A DNA stretch of 64,000 nt from Vreelandella nigrificans (GTDB taxonomy: Bacteria; Pseudomonadota; Gammaproteobacteria; Pseudomonadales; Halomonadaceae), in NCBI RefSeq assembly GCF_002374315.1, contig NZ_NWUX01000006.1, positions 127,947 to 191,946 of the forward strand, read 5' to 3'. Below the pieces are notes generated by a model. The model searched no databases. It had not been told where the DNA came from and was given only the letters and a program-made list of their open reading frames with translations. This document shows positions 11,056 through 21,058 of the stretch, one piece after another. A program made the translations under genes and the position numbers. Position 1 is the stretch's first letter, and each line of letters opens with the position of its first letter.

Positions 11056-12354
11056 ATGAGCAAAAAAATCTCTCACTCCCCTGAACGCCGTCACTTTCTC
11101 AAAAGCTCTGCAACCATCGTCGGTGGCTCGGCACTGCTTAGCAGTCTGCCGGTTAGCTGGGCTTTTGCTAATGGAGCACCAGAAACCACTGCGGCAAAGC
11201 TAGGTTTTATTGCCTTAACGGATGCGGCGCCGCTATTTGTGGCCGATGAAAAGGGATTTTTTGCCAAGCATGGCATGACCGATGTGGAAGTGCTTAAGCA
11301 GTCTTCCTGGGGTACTACACGCGACAACCTAGTGCTAGGTTCACAGCGTAATGGTATTGATGGGGCACATATTCTTACCCCCATGCCCTATCTCATCGCC
11401 AGTGGTGCTATGACGCCCAACAACATACCAGTGCCGATGAGTATTTTGGCGCGCTTAAACCTTAACGGCCAGTGTATTTCGGTGGGTAGCGAGTACGCGG
11501 ACTTAGAGGTAGCCCTGGATACCAGTGAATTTGCCCAGGCGCTAGCCACCAAACGCAGTGGTGGTAACGAGGTAAGCGCCGCCATGACCTTCCCTGGCGG
11601 CACCCACGATATGTGGATTCGCTACTGGATGGCGGCTGGTGGCATTAACCCCAAACGGGATATTTCTACTATCACTATCCCCCCCGCCCAAATGGTCGCC
11701 AATATGCGGGTGGGCAGCATGGATACTTTTTGCGTCTGCGAGCCGTGGAACCAGCAGCTAATCAACCAAGGAATCGGCTATACCGCCAACACCACCGGCG
11801 AGTTGTGGAACGACCACCCTGAAAAAGCCTTCGCTATGCGCAGCGACTATGTGGAAGCCAACCCGAATGCCACCAAAGCGCTGCTGATGGCCATTATGGA
11901 AGCCCAAATGTGGTGTGAAGATGCCGCCAACCACGAAGAGATGGCACAGATTTGCTCACGCCGCCGCTGGATTCACGCCCCCTACGCTGACCTGATTGAT
12001 CGTATTCAAGGCAACTTTGATTACGGCACCGGTCGGGTGGTCGAAAACCATCCGCACATGATGCGCTACTGGGATAAACACGCCTCTTACCCCTACAAAA
12101 GCCACGACCTGTGGTTTTTGACCGAAAACAAACGCTGGGGCTACCTCCCCCAAGATTTTGATAGCACTGCGCTAATCAACCAGGTCAACCGTGAAGACCT
12201 ATGGCGCGAAGCTGCGGATGCGTTGGGCGTTGCTTCTGCCGATATTCCTGACACCACTTCCCGAGGTGTTGAGACGCTATTTGATGGCAAGGTCTTCGAC
12301 CCTGAAAACCCACAAGCCTACCTCGACAGCCTCGAGATCAAGGCACTGGCATAA
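11056..12354 (+). CDS. ABC transporter substrate-binding protein, NrtA/CmpA/CynA family, Tat-exported
   Basis: Twin-arginine signal RRHFLKSSATIVGGSALL; NMT1/NrtA-like fold; 432 aa. Confidence 0.85.
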   Translation: MSKKISHSPERRHFLKSSATIVGGSALLSSLPVSWAFANGAPETTAAKLGFIALTDAAPLFVADEKGFFAKHGMTDVEVLKQSSWGTTRDNLVLGSQRNGIDGAHILTPMPYLIASGAMTPNNIPVPMSILARLNLNGQCISVGSEYADLEVALDTSEFAQALATKRSGGNEVSAAMTFPGGTHDMWIRYWMAAGGINPKRDISTITIPPAQMVANMRVGSMDTFCVCEPWNQQLINQGIGYTANTTGELWNDHPEKAFAMRSDYVEANPNATKALLMAIMEAQMWCEDAANHEEMAQICSRRRWIHAPYADLIDRIQGNFDYGTGRVVENHPHMMRYWDKHASYPYKSHDLWFLTENKRWGYLPQDFDSTALINQVNREDLWREAADALGVASADIPDTTSRGVETLFDGKVFDPENPQAYLDSLEIKALA

Positions 12355-12362
12355 CCTGCTAC

Positions 12363-13235
12363 GTGCTGCCTGGGAGACTTACTATGAACACATCAACACG
12401 CTCTGACACATTGGCCAAGACAATGTTTAGCATTGGCCCCTCATTGCTGTGCCTTCGCGATACACTGGTACAAAAGGTCCTGCCGCCGGTGGTTATTCTG
12501 GCCCTGTTAATGGGCATTTGGGAAATTCTCTGTTCCTCCCCCACCGCTTCACTACCCGCCCCTTCCCAAGTCATCAGTGACACTTGGGAATTAATCATCA
12601 ACCCGTTTTACGACTACGGCGGCAACGACAAGGGCATGGGCTGGCAGATACTCGCCAGCCTGGAGCGTGTCGCTTATGGCTACCTGCTGGCGGTGGTAGC
12701 AGGGATTAGTCTGGGCGTGCTGGTGGGCCAATCCACCTGGGCGTTACGTGGGCTAGACCCAGTGTTTCAGGTACTGCGCACCGTACCACCATTGGCTTGG
12801 CTGCCAATCTCGTTGGCTGGCTTTCAGGACAGTACACCCTCGGCAATTTTCGTTATTTTTATCACTGCTATCTGGCCAATCATCATTAACACCTCAGTAG
12901 GGGTGCGTAATATTCCTGAGGATTATCGCAACGTGGCGCGGGTCATTCGCTTAAATGGCTACGAATATTTCACCCGCATTATGCTACCTGCCGCTGCGCC
13001 CTATATCTTCTCCGGCCTGCGGATTGGTGTCGGCCTCTCTTGGTTGGCGATTGTGGCCGCTGAAATGCTGATTGGCGGTGTCGGTATTGGCTTCTTTATC
13101 TGGGATGCCTGGAACGCCTCCATGCTCAGCGACATTGTATTGGCGCTGGTCTACGTAGGTATCGTCGGTTTCTTCCTTGATCGCATCGTGGCCTTTATAG
13201 GCAACCTTGTTACTCGTGGCACCACTCAAAGTTAA
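12363..13235 (+). CDS. ABC transporter permease, NitT/TauT family (NrtB-like)
   Basis: 290-aa 6-TM protein with an EAA-like loop; immediately downstream of the binding-protein gene. Confidence 0.85.
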   Translation: MLPGRLTMNTSTRSDTLAKTMFSIGPSLLCLRDTLVQKVLPPVVILALLMGIWEILCSSPTASLPAPSQVISDTWELIINPFYDYGGNDKGMGWQILASLERVAYGYLLAVVAGISLGVLVGQSTWALRGLDPVFQVLRTVPPLAWLPISLAGFQDSTPSAIFVIFITAIWPIIINTSVGVRNIPEDYRNVARVIRLNGYEYFTRIMLPAAAPYIFSGLRIGVGLSWLAIVAAEMLIGGVGIGFFIWDAWNASMLSDIVLALVYVGIVGFFLDRIVAFIGNLVTRGTTQS

Positions 13236-13253
13236 TCGAAGGGAGTTTTGATC

Positions 13254-14105
13254 ATGGCGGCTCATTATTTAAGCGTCGAGCAGGTTGAGATGACCTTTGA
13301 AACTAAAGGCGCAACCACCAATGTATTAAAAGAGATTAGCCTAGGTGTCGAGCGCGGCGAATATATCTCGATTATTGGCCACTCAGGGTGCGGTAAGTCG
13401 ACCCTATTGAACATCATTGCTGGATTAACTGAGTCTACCTCAGGCGCAGTCATTCTCGATGGTAAAGAGGTCAATGCGCCAGGCCCAGATCGCAGCGTCG
13501 TCTTTCAAAATCACTCGCTGCTGCCCTGGTTAACGGTGTATGAAAACGTATCGCTGGCAGTAAACAAAACCTTTGCCCGCAGCAAAAGCAAAACCGAGCG
13601 CCACGAGTGGATTTTAAAAAACCTTGAAATGGTTGGCATGTCCCACGCGCTTAACAAACGTCCTGCAGAGATTTCTGGCGGCATGAAGCAGCGGGTAGGC
13701 ATTGCCCGCGCGCTCTCCATGGAGCCAAAAGTGCTACTGTTGGATGAGCCCTTTGGGGCCCTAGATGCACTCACCCGCGCCCATCTTCAGGAAGAGGTCA
13801 TGCGTATTCAGGACGAACTAGGCAATACGGTGATTATGATAACCCACGATGTGGACGAAGCCGTGTTGCTATCTGACCGTATTGTAATGCTCACCAACGG
13901 CCCTTCGGCACGCATTGGCGAAGTTCTCAATATCGACCTACCGCGTCCGCGCAACCGTATCGCACTGGCGGATGATGCTAAGTACAACCACTACCGCCAG
14001 GAAGTGCTGCGATTTCTCTATGAGAAACAGCGCAAGGTGGAAAGCCTCGCGGAGCACCGGGAAAAAGCAGCTCCCATCAGCTCCGCCAAAAAGGCGCATG
14101 CTTAG
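13254..14105 (+). CDS. ABC transporter ATP-binding protein, NitT/TauT family
   Basis: Walker A GHSGCGKST, signature ISGGMKQRVGIARAL, Walker B LLLDEPFGALD; RBS gaagggag 8 nt ahead of the ATG at 13254; the track's TTG at 13248 is less likely. Confidence 0.9.
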   Translation: MAAHYLSVEQVEMTFETKGATTNVLKEISLGVERGEYISIIGHSGCGKSTLLNIIAGLTESTSGAVILDGKEVNAPGPDRSVVFQNHSLLPWLTVYENVSLAVNKTFARSKSKTERHEWILKNLEMVGMSHALNKRPAEISGGMKQRVGIARALSMEPKVLLLDEPFGALDALTRAHLQEEVMRIQDELGNTVIMITHDVDEAVLLSDRIVMLTNGPSARIGEVLNIDLPRPRNRIALADDAKYNHYRQEVLRFLYEKQRKVESLAEHREKAAPISSAKKAHA

Positions 14106-14141
14106 GCACATTATTTACTCTTTCCCTCAGTACCCTCTTGG

Positions 14142-14166
14142 CCGCCTTTACAGGGCGGTTTTTTAT
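14142..14166 (+). terminator. Rho-independent terminator after the ABC operon
   Basis: CCGCC-tttacag-GGCGG followed by TTTTTTaT. Confidence 0.55.
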
Positions 14167-14266
14167 TTATCAATGCAAATCACCACAGGTTGGCGCATAT
14201 TTTGCCTATCAGTGTTGTAGCCATGGAGTTTCCTTTCATCCCTAACTCACTAGGTGAAATGCCACC

Positions 14267-15532
14267 ATGAACCAGTCTGATTATCCTCTCAGTGAAGTAC
14301 CTATTAGCGCCCGCAAGGGCCTTCTTTCCACCTCAGCCGTACTACTCGGCTTCACCTTTTTCACTGCCACCATGTGGGCCGGAGGTTCGCTTGGCCAAGC
14401 TTTCTCCATTGGTCAACTGCTTTGGATCATTCTTGTCGGCAACCTGCTGCTGGGAGTCTACGCAGCAACGCTTGCTTATATCGCCTGTAAAAGCGGGCTA
14501 AACTCGGTGCTCATGGGACGCTTCTGCTTCGGTGAAAAGGGCAGCAAGCTCTCCGACTTTATCCTTGGCTTTACCCAGATTGGCTGGTACGCCTGGGGTA
14601 CGGCGACTATTGCACTGGTGTTGGTGCGCACCACAGGGATGCCGGAGTGGCTGGAAATCCCCTTAATGGTGCTATTTGGCTTTGGTTTCTGCGTTACCGC
14701 CATGGTTGGCTATAAAGGCATGGACTGGCTCTCGCGCTTTGCTGTCCCCGCTATGATGCTGTTTATCTTGATTAGTCTGTTTACCGGGATAGTGGACGCA
14801 CGCGGCTTCGCTGGACTAAACCAGCAAACGCCAACAGAAAGCATGAGCGTAGCGGCAGCGATTACCGTCATTATCGGCACCTTTATCAGCGGCGGCACCC
14901 AAGCAACTAACTGGAGCCGTTTTGCTAAAACGCCAAAAATTGCGGTCATCGCTACCCTGGCAGCCTTTTTTGTCGGTAACGGCTTAATGGTGCTGACCGG
15001 CGCACTAGGCACCATGGTTTATCAACAAGCGGATATCGTAGATGTGTTGATCGCCCAGGGGCTCGTCAGCATCGCTGTGCTGATGCTGTTTCTGAATATC
15101 TGGACCACCCAAGACAACACCATCTACAACTTTGCCGTAGCGGGCTGCAATTTGCTGCGTACCGAGAAGCGCCGCTTAGTCACCGTTGGCGGCGCAGCGA
15201 CTGGAACCGTGCTGGCGATAGGCGGCATGTATAACCTACTGATTCCCTTTCTGGTGCTGCTAGGTACTTTTATACCGCCAATGGGTGGAGTGATCATGGC
15301 CAACTTCTGGCTTAAGCATAAAGGCCGCTACCCCGCGCTAGAGTTTGCACAACTGCCGGATTTCAACCGCCGAGGTTTAGCCGCTTATGCATTAGGCGCA
15401 GGGGCTGCTTACTTCTCCCCACTACTACCACCGCTGGTGGGTGTGGCAGTGGCCGCGGGAAGCTACGCCGTGTTGCTTCGTTTAAACCACGCTACGCTGA
15501 GCGATAACCTTCCTTCAATCGCCAAACAATAA
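14267..15532 (+). CDS. codB: Cytosine/purine permease, NCS1 family
   Basis: 421-aa 12-TM protein; directly upstream of and coupled to codA. Confidence 0.8.
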   Translation: MNQSDYPLSEVPISARKGLLSTSAVLLGFTFFTATMWAGGSLGQAFSIGQLLWIILVGNLLLGVYAATLAYIACKSGLNSVLMGRFCFGEKGSKLSDFILGFTQIGWYAWGTATIALVLVRTTGMPEWLEIPLMVLFGFGFCVTAMVGYKGMDWLSRFAVPAMMLFILISLFTGIVDARGFAGLNQQTPTESMSVAAAITVIIGTFISGGTQATNWSRFAKTPKIAVIATLAAFFVGNGLMVLTGALGTMVYQQADIVDVLIAQGLVSIAVLMLFLNIWTTQDNTIYNFAVAGCNLLRTEKRRLVTVGGAATGTVLAIGGMYNLLIPFLVLLGTFIPPMGGVIMANFWLKHKGRYPALEFAQLPDFNRRGLAAYALGAGAAYFSPLLPPLVGVAVAAGSYAVLLRLNHATLSDNLPSIAKQ

Positions 15533-15548
15533 GTGAGTCCTTTTTAAT

Positions 15549-16805
15549 ATGCGCATGCAGATCATTAATGCTCGCCTACGCCAGCGTCCTGAACTTTATC
15601 GGCTCGAGATAGACAACGGCACGTTCACTGCGATAACTGCCCAAGATACGCCACTCAAGGCAAGTGAGGGGCAAATTGATGCAGGCGCCAAGCTACTGTG
15701 CGCGCCATTTATTGAGCCACATATTCATCTTGATGCCGCTCTGACCGCAGGCGAGCCAAGCTGGAATCAGAGTGGAACATTGTTTGAAGGCATTGAGCGC
15801 TGGGGCGAGCGTAAGCCCATGCTGACAGAAGCGGATATTCGCGAGCGGGCCCTAAAAACGCTCAACCTGCTCATCGGTAATGGCGTTCAATTTGTGCGCA
15901 CCCACGCTGATACCAGCGACCCCAGCTTGATTGGGCTTAAAACCCTGTGCACCTTGCGCGATGAACTAAAGGATAAGATTGATATTCAGGTCGTGGCTTT
16001 CCCTCAGGATGGTTTGCTCTCCTACCCCGGCGGCGACAAGCTGATGGAAGAAGCGCTAGAGTTCGGCGCTGACGTAGTCGGTGGCATTCCTCACTTTGAA
16101 TACACCCGCGAGCTGGGTGTCGCTTCCATGAAGCGGGTCATCGAGTTGGCGATCAAATATGACCGTTTGGTGGACGTACACTGCGATGAGATCGACGACC
16201 CCAACTCGCGTTTTCTCGAAGTGCTGGCCTGCGAATCCCTGTTTAACGACTTAGGCAGCCGCGTTACCGCTAGCCACACCACAGCAATGCACTCCTACGA
16301 TAACGCTTACTGCTCCAAGCTATTCCTGTTGCTCAAGCGCTCAGGTACCAACTTTGTCTCCTGCCCAACCGAGAGTATTCACCTGCAGGGCCGCTTTGAT
16401 ACCTACCCAAAACGCCGCGGCGTGACCCGTGTGAAAGAATTGAATGCAGCGGGTATTAACGTCTGTTTTGCCGAAGACTCCATCTTCGACCCCTGGTACT
16501 CGCTAGGTAACGGTAAGCTGTTAAGAACGCTGGATTTCGGTCTACATATCTGCCAAATGATGGGCTATCAGGATTTCAGCCAGGCACTATCGCTGATTAC
16601 CGATAACAGCGCCCGCGCACTCAATGTTGAGGAGCGTTACGGCATTGAGGTAGGCAAACCCGCCAGCTTCAACCTGTTAGACGGCGAAGATGACTACAGC
16701 GTGCTGCGCACCCAAGGTGAGGTACTGCTTTCGGTACGCCACGGAGAGATCATCATGCAGCGCGAGCCTGCAAAGATTACGACACCCCCGTGGCTTGGCT
16801 TTTAG
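15549..16805 (+). CDS. codA: Cytosine deaminase
   Basis: Strong similarity along the whole length to E. coli CodA: FIEPHIHLD, NQSGTLFEGIERW, RTHADTSDP, DVHCDEIDD, SHTTAMHSY, GRFDTYPKRRG. Confidence 0.9.
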   Translation: MRMQIINARLRQRPELYRLEIDNGTFTAITAQDTPLKASEGQIDAGAKLLCAPFIEPHIHLDAALTAGEPSWNQSGTLFEGIERWGERKPMLTEADIRERALKTLNLLIGNGVQFVRTHADTSDPSLIGLKTLCTLRDELKDKIDIQVVAFPQDGLLSYPGGDKLMEEALEFGADVVGGIPHFEYTRELGVASMKRVIELAIKYDRLVDVHCDEIDDPNSRFLEVLACESLFNDLGSRVTASHTTAMHSYDNAYCSKLFLLLKRSGTNFVSCPTESIHLQGRFDTYPKRRGVTRVKELNAAGINVCFAEDSIFDPWYSLGNGKLLRTLDFGLHICQMMGYQDFSQALSLITDNSARALNVEERYGIEVGKPASFNLLDGEDDYSVLRTQGEVLLSVRHGEIIMQREPAKITTPPWLGF

Positions 16806-16842
16806 AAAAAGCGTAATATAGCCGGGCTGATATTCAGCAAAG

Positions 16843-17010
16843 TTCTCAGGGCGGGGTGAAAGTCCCCACCGGCGGTGATGGTGGCTTACTACATGTTTGC
16901 CATCTAAGCCCGCGAGCGCTCAAGATTGTTGTTTTTTTATTGCAGCTTCTTGAGGTCAGCAGATTCGGTGAAAAGCCGAAGCCGACGGTGATAGTCCGGA
17001 TGAAAGAGAA
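16843..17010 (+). ncRNA. FMN riboswitch (RFN element)
   Basis: TTCTCAGGGCGGGGTGAAAGTCCCCACCGGCGGT...AGCCCGCGAGCG...GGTCAGCAGATTCGGTGAAAAGCCGAAGCCGACGGTGATAGTCCGGATGAAAGAGAA matches the conserved RFN core; P1 is TTCTC/GAGAA. Confidence 0.85.
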
Positions 17011-17034
17011 CGGCACCTTAGACAGGCAACTTCA

Positions 17035-17058
17035 AAAGTGGCTTAAGCCATCTTTTTT
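17035..17058 (+). terminator. Short hairpin plus U6 between the riboswitch and the ribH2 start (candidate expression-platform terminator)
   Basis: GTGGC-ttaa-GCCAT then CTTTTTTG. Confidence 0.45.
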
Positions 17059-17114
17059 GTTTGCCTGGCGACCGGTTCCGCGTGCCCTGATTCTGGTACA
17101 ACTTATCCAAGAGA

Positions 17115-17618
17115 ATGACCATGAATCAGACATTTCCGCTTACGTTTTCAACCCACACCACGTCTCAACGCATCGCGTTTATTCAAGGCCACTGGCATCA
17201 AGATATTGTCGAGAGGGCCTATGAAGCATTTATCGCTGAAGTAGAACGCTGCGGTCTTAACGCCGAACAAGTGGACATCTTCACCGTATCAGGTGCTTAC
17301 GAGATACCTCTACAAGCAAAAGTGCTCGCCGAGAGTGGTTGCTATGGCGCCATTGTAGGTGCAGGCTTTGTGGTCGATGGCGGTATTTATCGTCACGACT
17401 TTGTTGCCCATGCGGTGATTGATGGCTTAATGCGCGTGCAGTTAGATACCCAAGTACCGGTGATCTCCGCCGTCTTAACACCGCACCACTTCCATGAACA
17501 CAGTACCCACCACGACTTCTACACCCAGCACTTTGTTACCAAAGGGAAAGAAGCCGCTCAGGCGTGCCTAAACACCATGGAAAATCTGCATGGAGCACGC
17601 AAGCTTAGCAACACTTGA
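17115..17618 (+). CDS. ribH: 6,7-dimethyl-8-ribityllumazine synthase, type II (RibH2-like)
   Basis: 167 aa, lumazine-synthase fold signature ...FTVSGAYEIPLQAKVLAESGCYGAIVGAGFVVDGG...; preceded by the FMN riboswitch, as ribH2 is in alpha-proteobacteria. Confidence 0.8.
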   Translation: MTMNQTFPLTFSTHTTSQRIAFIQGHWHQDIVERAYEAFIAEVERCGLNAEQVDIFTVSGAYEIPLQAKVLAESGCYGAIVGAGFVVDGGIYRHDFVAHAVIDGLMRVQLDTQVPVISAVLTPHHFHEHSTHHDFYTQHFVTKGKEAAQACLNTMENLHGARKLSNT

Positions 17619-17631
17619 TCCTCTATTGTTT

Positions 17632-17654
17632 AAGCCCGGCTCCACGCCGGGCTT
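17632..17654. terminator. Hairpin between convergent ribH2 and rhodanese genes
   Basis: AAGCCCGGC-tccac-GCCGGGCTT perfect 9-bp stem; T-rich 5' flank ttgttt serves the minus-strand transcript. Confidence 0.5.
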
Positions 17655-17678
17655 GGCAAGCATAGTAGATAAATAACG

Positions 17679-18134
17679 CTAACAACCGCAGTTACTAGCA
17701 ATCGCGCCAGGTAAACTCCCCTGCTGCTCACCTGTTTGAATAGGGTGTTGGTCACGGCGCCAAAAATCCAGCCCTCCCAGTAGCTCTTTTACTGTCAGCC
17801 CTGCGCTCGCCAGCTTCCATGCCCCTTTGGTTGAGCCATTACAGCCGATACCATCGCAGTAAGTGATATAAACCCTTGTGTTATCTAACTCAGCCAAATG
17901 CTCAGGCGTCATCTCCTTGTGCGGTAAACTGATCGCCCCAGGGATATGCCCTGCGCAGTAGTGTTCAAAGCTACGGGTATCGATCACCACAATATCCTTA
18001 ATGCCATTAGCCAAATCCTGCGCCACATCCCAAGCATCAGTGTGATAGCAGAGCTTGTCATACATCATAGCTGCCATTGAGGTGGGCTTGGCGGGAGGAA
18101 ACTCCAGCACTGCAGAGTGATCTTCATTAACCAT
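17679..18134 (-). CDS. Rhodanese-domain protein (sulfurtransferase-like)
   Basis: 151 aa; rhodanese fold with CDGIGCNGS active-site loop region. Confidence 0.7.
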   Translation of the reverse strand: MVNEDHSAVLEFPPAKPTSMAAMMYDKLCYHTDAWDVAQDLANGIKDIVVIDTRSFEHYCAGHIPGAISLPHKEMTPEHLAELDNTRVYITYCDGIGCNGSTKGAWKLASAGLTVKELLGGLDFWRRDQHPIQTGEQQGSLPGAIASNCGC

Positions 18135-18144
18135 CGTTTGCCCC

Positions 18145-18594
18145 TTATTTAGTATCCAGCAAGTAACCGTAAAACGCCGTATTGCGCTGCCAACCTAGCG
18201 ACTCATACAGATGCTGGGCACGTTCATTCTCTACCTGAGTCATTAATATCAAACGTGCCACACCATGATCATAAGCCAGCTGCGTGGCGGCCTCCATTAG
18301 CGCTCTGCCGGTACCCTTATCGCGACATTCCGGCAGTACAAACAGATCGTTTAACGTCCAACGGGCATTCAAACCCACTGTGGAGACCCCGGGGTAAAGC
18401 TGTACAAAACCAGTGAGCGCTCCTTCACTGTTCTCGCTAACCAGAATGAATGAATCCCCTAGCCCCATGCGTTGATCTAAAAAATCACGCGCTGCTTGAA
18501 TATCACTCGGCTGCTGATAGAACTGACGATAGCCATCAAGTAAACCACTGAGTGCTTCCAAGTCATTGAGTACCGCTGCACGAACGTTAACCAT
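18145..18594 (-). CDS. GNAT family N-acetyltransferase
   Basis: Acetyl-CoA binding motif ...RDKGTGRALMEAA...; start taken at MVNVRAAV rather than the overlapping upstream ATG. Confidence 0.8.
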   Translation of the reverse strand: MVNVRAAVLNDLEALSGLLDGYRQFYQQPSDIQAARDFLDQRMGLGDSFILVSENSEGALTGFVQLYPGVSTVGLNARWTLNDLFVLPECRDKGTGRALMEAATQLAYDHGVARLILMTQVENERAQHLYESLGWQRNTAFYGYLLDTK

Positions 18595-18686
18595 AACGAC
18601 TGCTCCATGTGGGTGGTGATTTAACACAGCTTGCCGCTATAGTGGTCTATGATAAAGAGCCACTTATCACTAAATTAAGGGAACCA

Positions 18687-20162
18687 GTGAGACGACGTGA
18701 TGCGGCTAGCGACTGGATTGCCGAGGCGCTTGCGCTAAAACTAACTGAGACTGGAAAAGCTACGCTTGTTCAGCAGCTTTACTGCTCGCTTAAGGAGTGG
18801 ATTCAACACGGTGAATTGACGGCTGGCGATGCGCTTCCCTCTTCCCGCTATCTAGCCCTTTCCTTGGGTATTAGTCGCAATACGGTACTTGCCGCCCTGG
18901 ACCGACTATTGGCGGAAGGGTTACTGATTGCCCGCCAGGGAGCTGGGCTCTACGTCGCAGATCTACCCACGCTGTTAACAAGAGACGAACGTCCTCCCCC
19001 GTTACCTGTTCGCTACTCAAAGCGGGGCATGACACTGTTAGCACTAAGCGGAACACTAAGCTATGGCCATCGTGCCTTTGCTCCTGGCGTCCCAGCACTC
19101 GACCTATTTCCCCGCGAGCAGTGGCAACGTCTTTTGCGGCGTCACTATCACCATGCAAAGGTGTCATGGCTAGATTATCAAACCAGCGGTGGGCTACCTG
19201 AACTCAAAGCTGCCCTGTGCGACTATTTACGGCTCTCCCGCTCGGTGCGCTGCCAGCCAGAACAGATCGTGATTACCCAAGGGGCCCAACAGGCATTCGA
19301 GCTGATTACTCAGTTACTCACCGACCCTGGGGATTCGGTTTGGATGGAAGAGCCAGGTTACGGTGGGGCCCAGGCCTGCTTTCTGGCCTCAGGATTGACG
19401 GTAACGCCCATCCCCGTGGATCAAGAAGGGCTAAACCCTTCACTTACTTCTAAGAATGCGCCAGCGCCTCGGCTCATTTATGTGACACCGTCCCACCAGT
19501 ACCCCAGCGGAGTAACAATGCCAGTACCCAGACGGCTGGCGTTACTTGAGCATGCTACTCACACTGGTAGCTGGATCATTGAAGATGATTATGACAGCGA
19601 ATTTCGTTACGACACGCCACCCACGCCTTCCTTACAAGGCCTCTCCGAGCAGTCATCGGTTATCTATGTGGGTACCTTCAGTAAAGTGCTCTATCCCGGC
19701 TTACGCTTAGGCTATTTGGTACTGCCCGACACGCTTGCCGAAGACTTCAGGTGCGCCCATGCGCGGCTGCACCGCGAAGGTAACTACCCTGTCCAATCAG
19801 CGCTTGCTGAGTTTATTGCCAATGGGCATTTTACGCGTCACATCAACCGTATGAGAGCCGCTTATCGCCAGCGCCAAGCCTGCTTGCGCGCAGCATTAGC
19901 ACCAGCAGTGGCCGCCGGGCTTCGACTCTCTGGCGGCCATGCGGGTATGCACTTGGTAGCCGAACTCGATACTATTGAGGTGGAGGAGAGTCTTGTTAAG
20001 CACGCCAATGACGTGGGTATTACGCTTTCGCCTCTCTCTCGTTATTACCTTGCTGAGAATAAGCGCCCTGGTTTAGTACTTGGCTATGCAGGCTCAACGG
20101 AAAACGAGCTTTTGACAGCAGGTGCATGGCTAAGTGAGGCATGGCAGAGGCTGCGCCACTAA
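18687..20162 (+). CDS. MocR-family (GntR-HTH plus PLP-dependent aminotransferase-like) transcriptional regulator
   Basis: N-terminal wHTH then a fold-type I aminotransferase domain with the PLP-lysine region FSKVLYPGLRLGY; GTG start chosen to avoid overlap with the divergent GNAT gene. Confidence 0.8.
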   Translation: MRRRDAASDWIAEALALKLTETGKATLVQQLYCSLKEWIQHGELTAGDALPSSRYLALSLGISRNTVLAALDRLLAEGLLIARQGAGLYVADLPTLLTRDERPPPLPVRYSKRGMTLLALSGTLSYGHRAFAPGVPALDLFPREQWQRLLRRHYHHAKVSWLDYQTSGGLPELKAALCDYLRLSRSVRCQPEQIVITQGAQQAFELITQLLTDPGDSVWMEEPGYGGAQACFLASGLTVTPIPVDQEGLNPSLTSKNAPAPRLIYVTPSHQYPSGVTMPVPRRLALLEHATHTGSWIIEDDYDSEFRYDTPPTPSLQGLSEQSSVIYVGTFSKVLYPGLRLGYLVLPDTLAEDFRCAHARLHREGNYPVQSALAEFIANGHFTRHINRMRAAYRQRQACLRAALAPAVAAGLRLSGGHAGMHLVAELDTIEVEESLVKHANDVGITLSPLSRYYLAENKRPGLVLGYAGSTENELLTAGAWLSEAWQRLRH

Positions 20163-20318
20163 TGAGTGTGTAGCGTGTGAAGCCGAACATCGACCACGCC
20201 ATCATAGGATGTGCTTCCGACGTATTCTCTGGAAGCCTTCTTGTAGTAGTGTATCTTTCTTTACAGACTTATCTATAAACCAAACGGAAAGGGAACTCAC
20301 CTTCCCTATGGGGTTAAT

Positions 20319-21044
20319 GTGGCTCAATCGCTCTCTTCGCACACAGAATCCCGCGCTTCGATATGGAAGGCATGGAGCGTGCACATCTTTACCGCCAGCG
20401 GTGTACTGCTTGGCACGATGGCGCTGCTTGCACTGATCGATAATAATCCAGTCGCCTGCCTGCTCTGGCTGGGTGCTGCAATGATGATTGATGGCATTGA
20501 TGGTACTCTGGCGCGCAAATATGAAGTGAAAACCATACTGCCCCATTTCGATGGCTCAACCCTTGATATGGTCATCGACTATCTGACCTGGGCCTTTATT
20601 CCTGCCCTTTTCATCTATTACTTTATTGACTTGCCGACCAATTTTGCACTGTTTGCAGTGTTCATTATTCTGCTGTCATCAATGTTCTGCTTTTGTAACG
20701 TCGATATGAAAAGCCAGGATAATTACTTCGTAGGCTTTCCTGCCGCCTGGAATATCGCCGCCGCCTACTTCTATATTCTCGATTTCCCGCCGTTCATCAC
20801 CTTTGCCACTATTGTGCTCCTGGCCATTCTTACCGTTACGCGGATGAAGTTTCTTCACCCCTTTCGAGTCCGCCTATTCATGCCACTCAATATCGCCGTC
20901 ACGCTGGTATGGTGCGCATGTACTACCTCGCTAGTGCTTTCCAGCCCCGAGCATGCAGTCTGGGCATTATGGGGATGGGGAATTACATCGGCTTATTTCA
21001 TCGGCATGTGCCTGTGGCGTACCGCCCAGGAGTGGTTCAATTGA
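20319..21044 (+). CDS. pcs: Phosphatidylcholine synthase (CDP-alcohol phosphatidyltransferase family)
   Basis: SVHIFTASG, IDGIDGTLARK...D...D (the DG-x2-AR-x8-G-x3-D-x3-D motif) and FLHPFRVRLFMPLN closely resemble rhizobial Pcs; 8 TM; GTG start. Confidence 0.65.
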   Translation: MAQSLSSHTESRASIWKAWSVHIFTASGVLLGTMALLALIDNNPVACLLWLGAAMMIDGIDGTLARKYEVKTILPHFDGSTLDMVIDYLTWAFIPALFIYYFIDLPTNFALFAVFIILLSSMFCFCNVDMKSQDNYFVGFPAAWNIAAAYFYILDFPPFITFATIVLLAILTVTRMKFLHPFRVRLFMPLNIAVTLVWCACTTSLVLSSPEHAVWALWGWGITSAYFIGMCLWRTAQEWFN

Positions 21045-21058
21045 TAGGTGACTAGCTA

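Noticed and set aside
16856-17224. 122-aa ORF on the plus strand
   Set aside because: It lies entirely over the FMN riboswitch and its expression platform. The RNA element explains the sequence conservation, so this is not a plausible protein.
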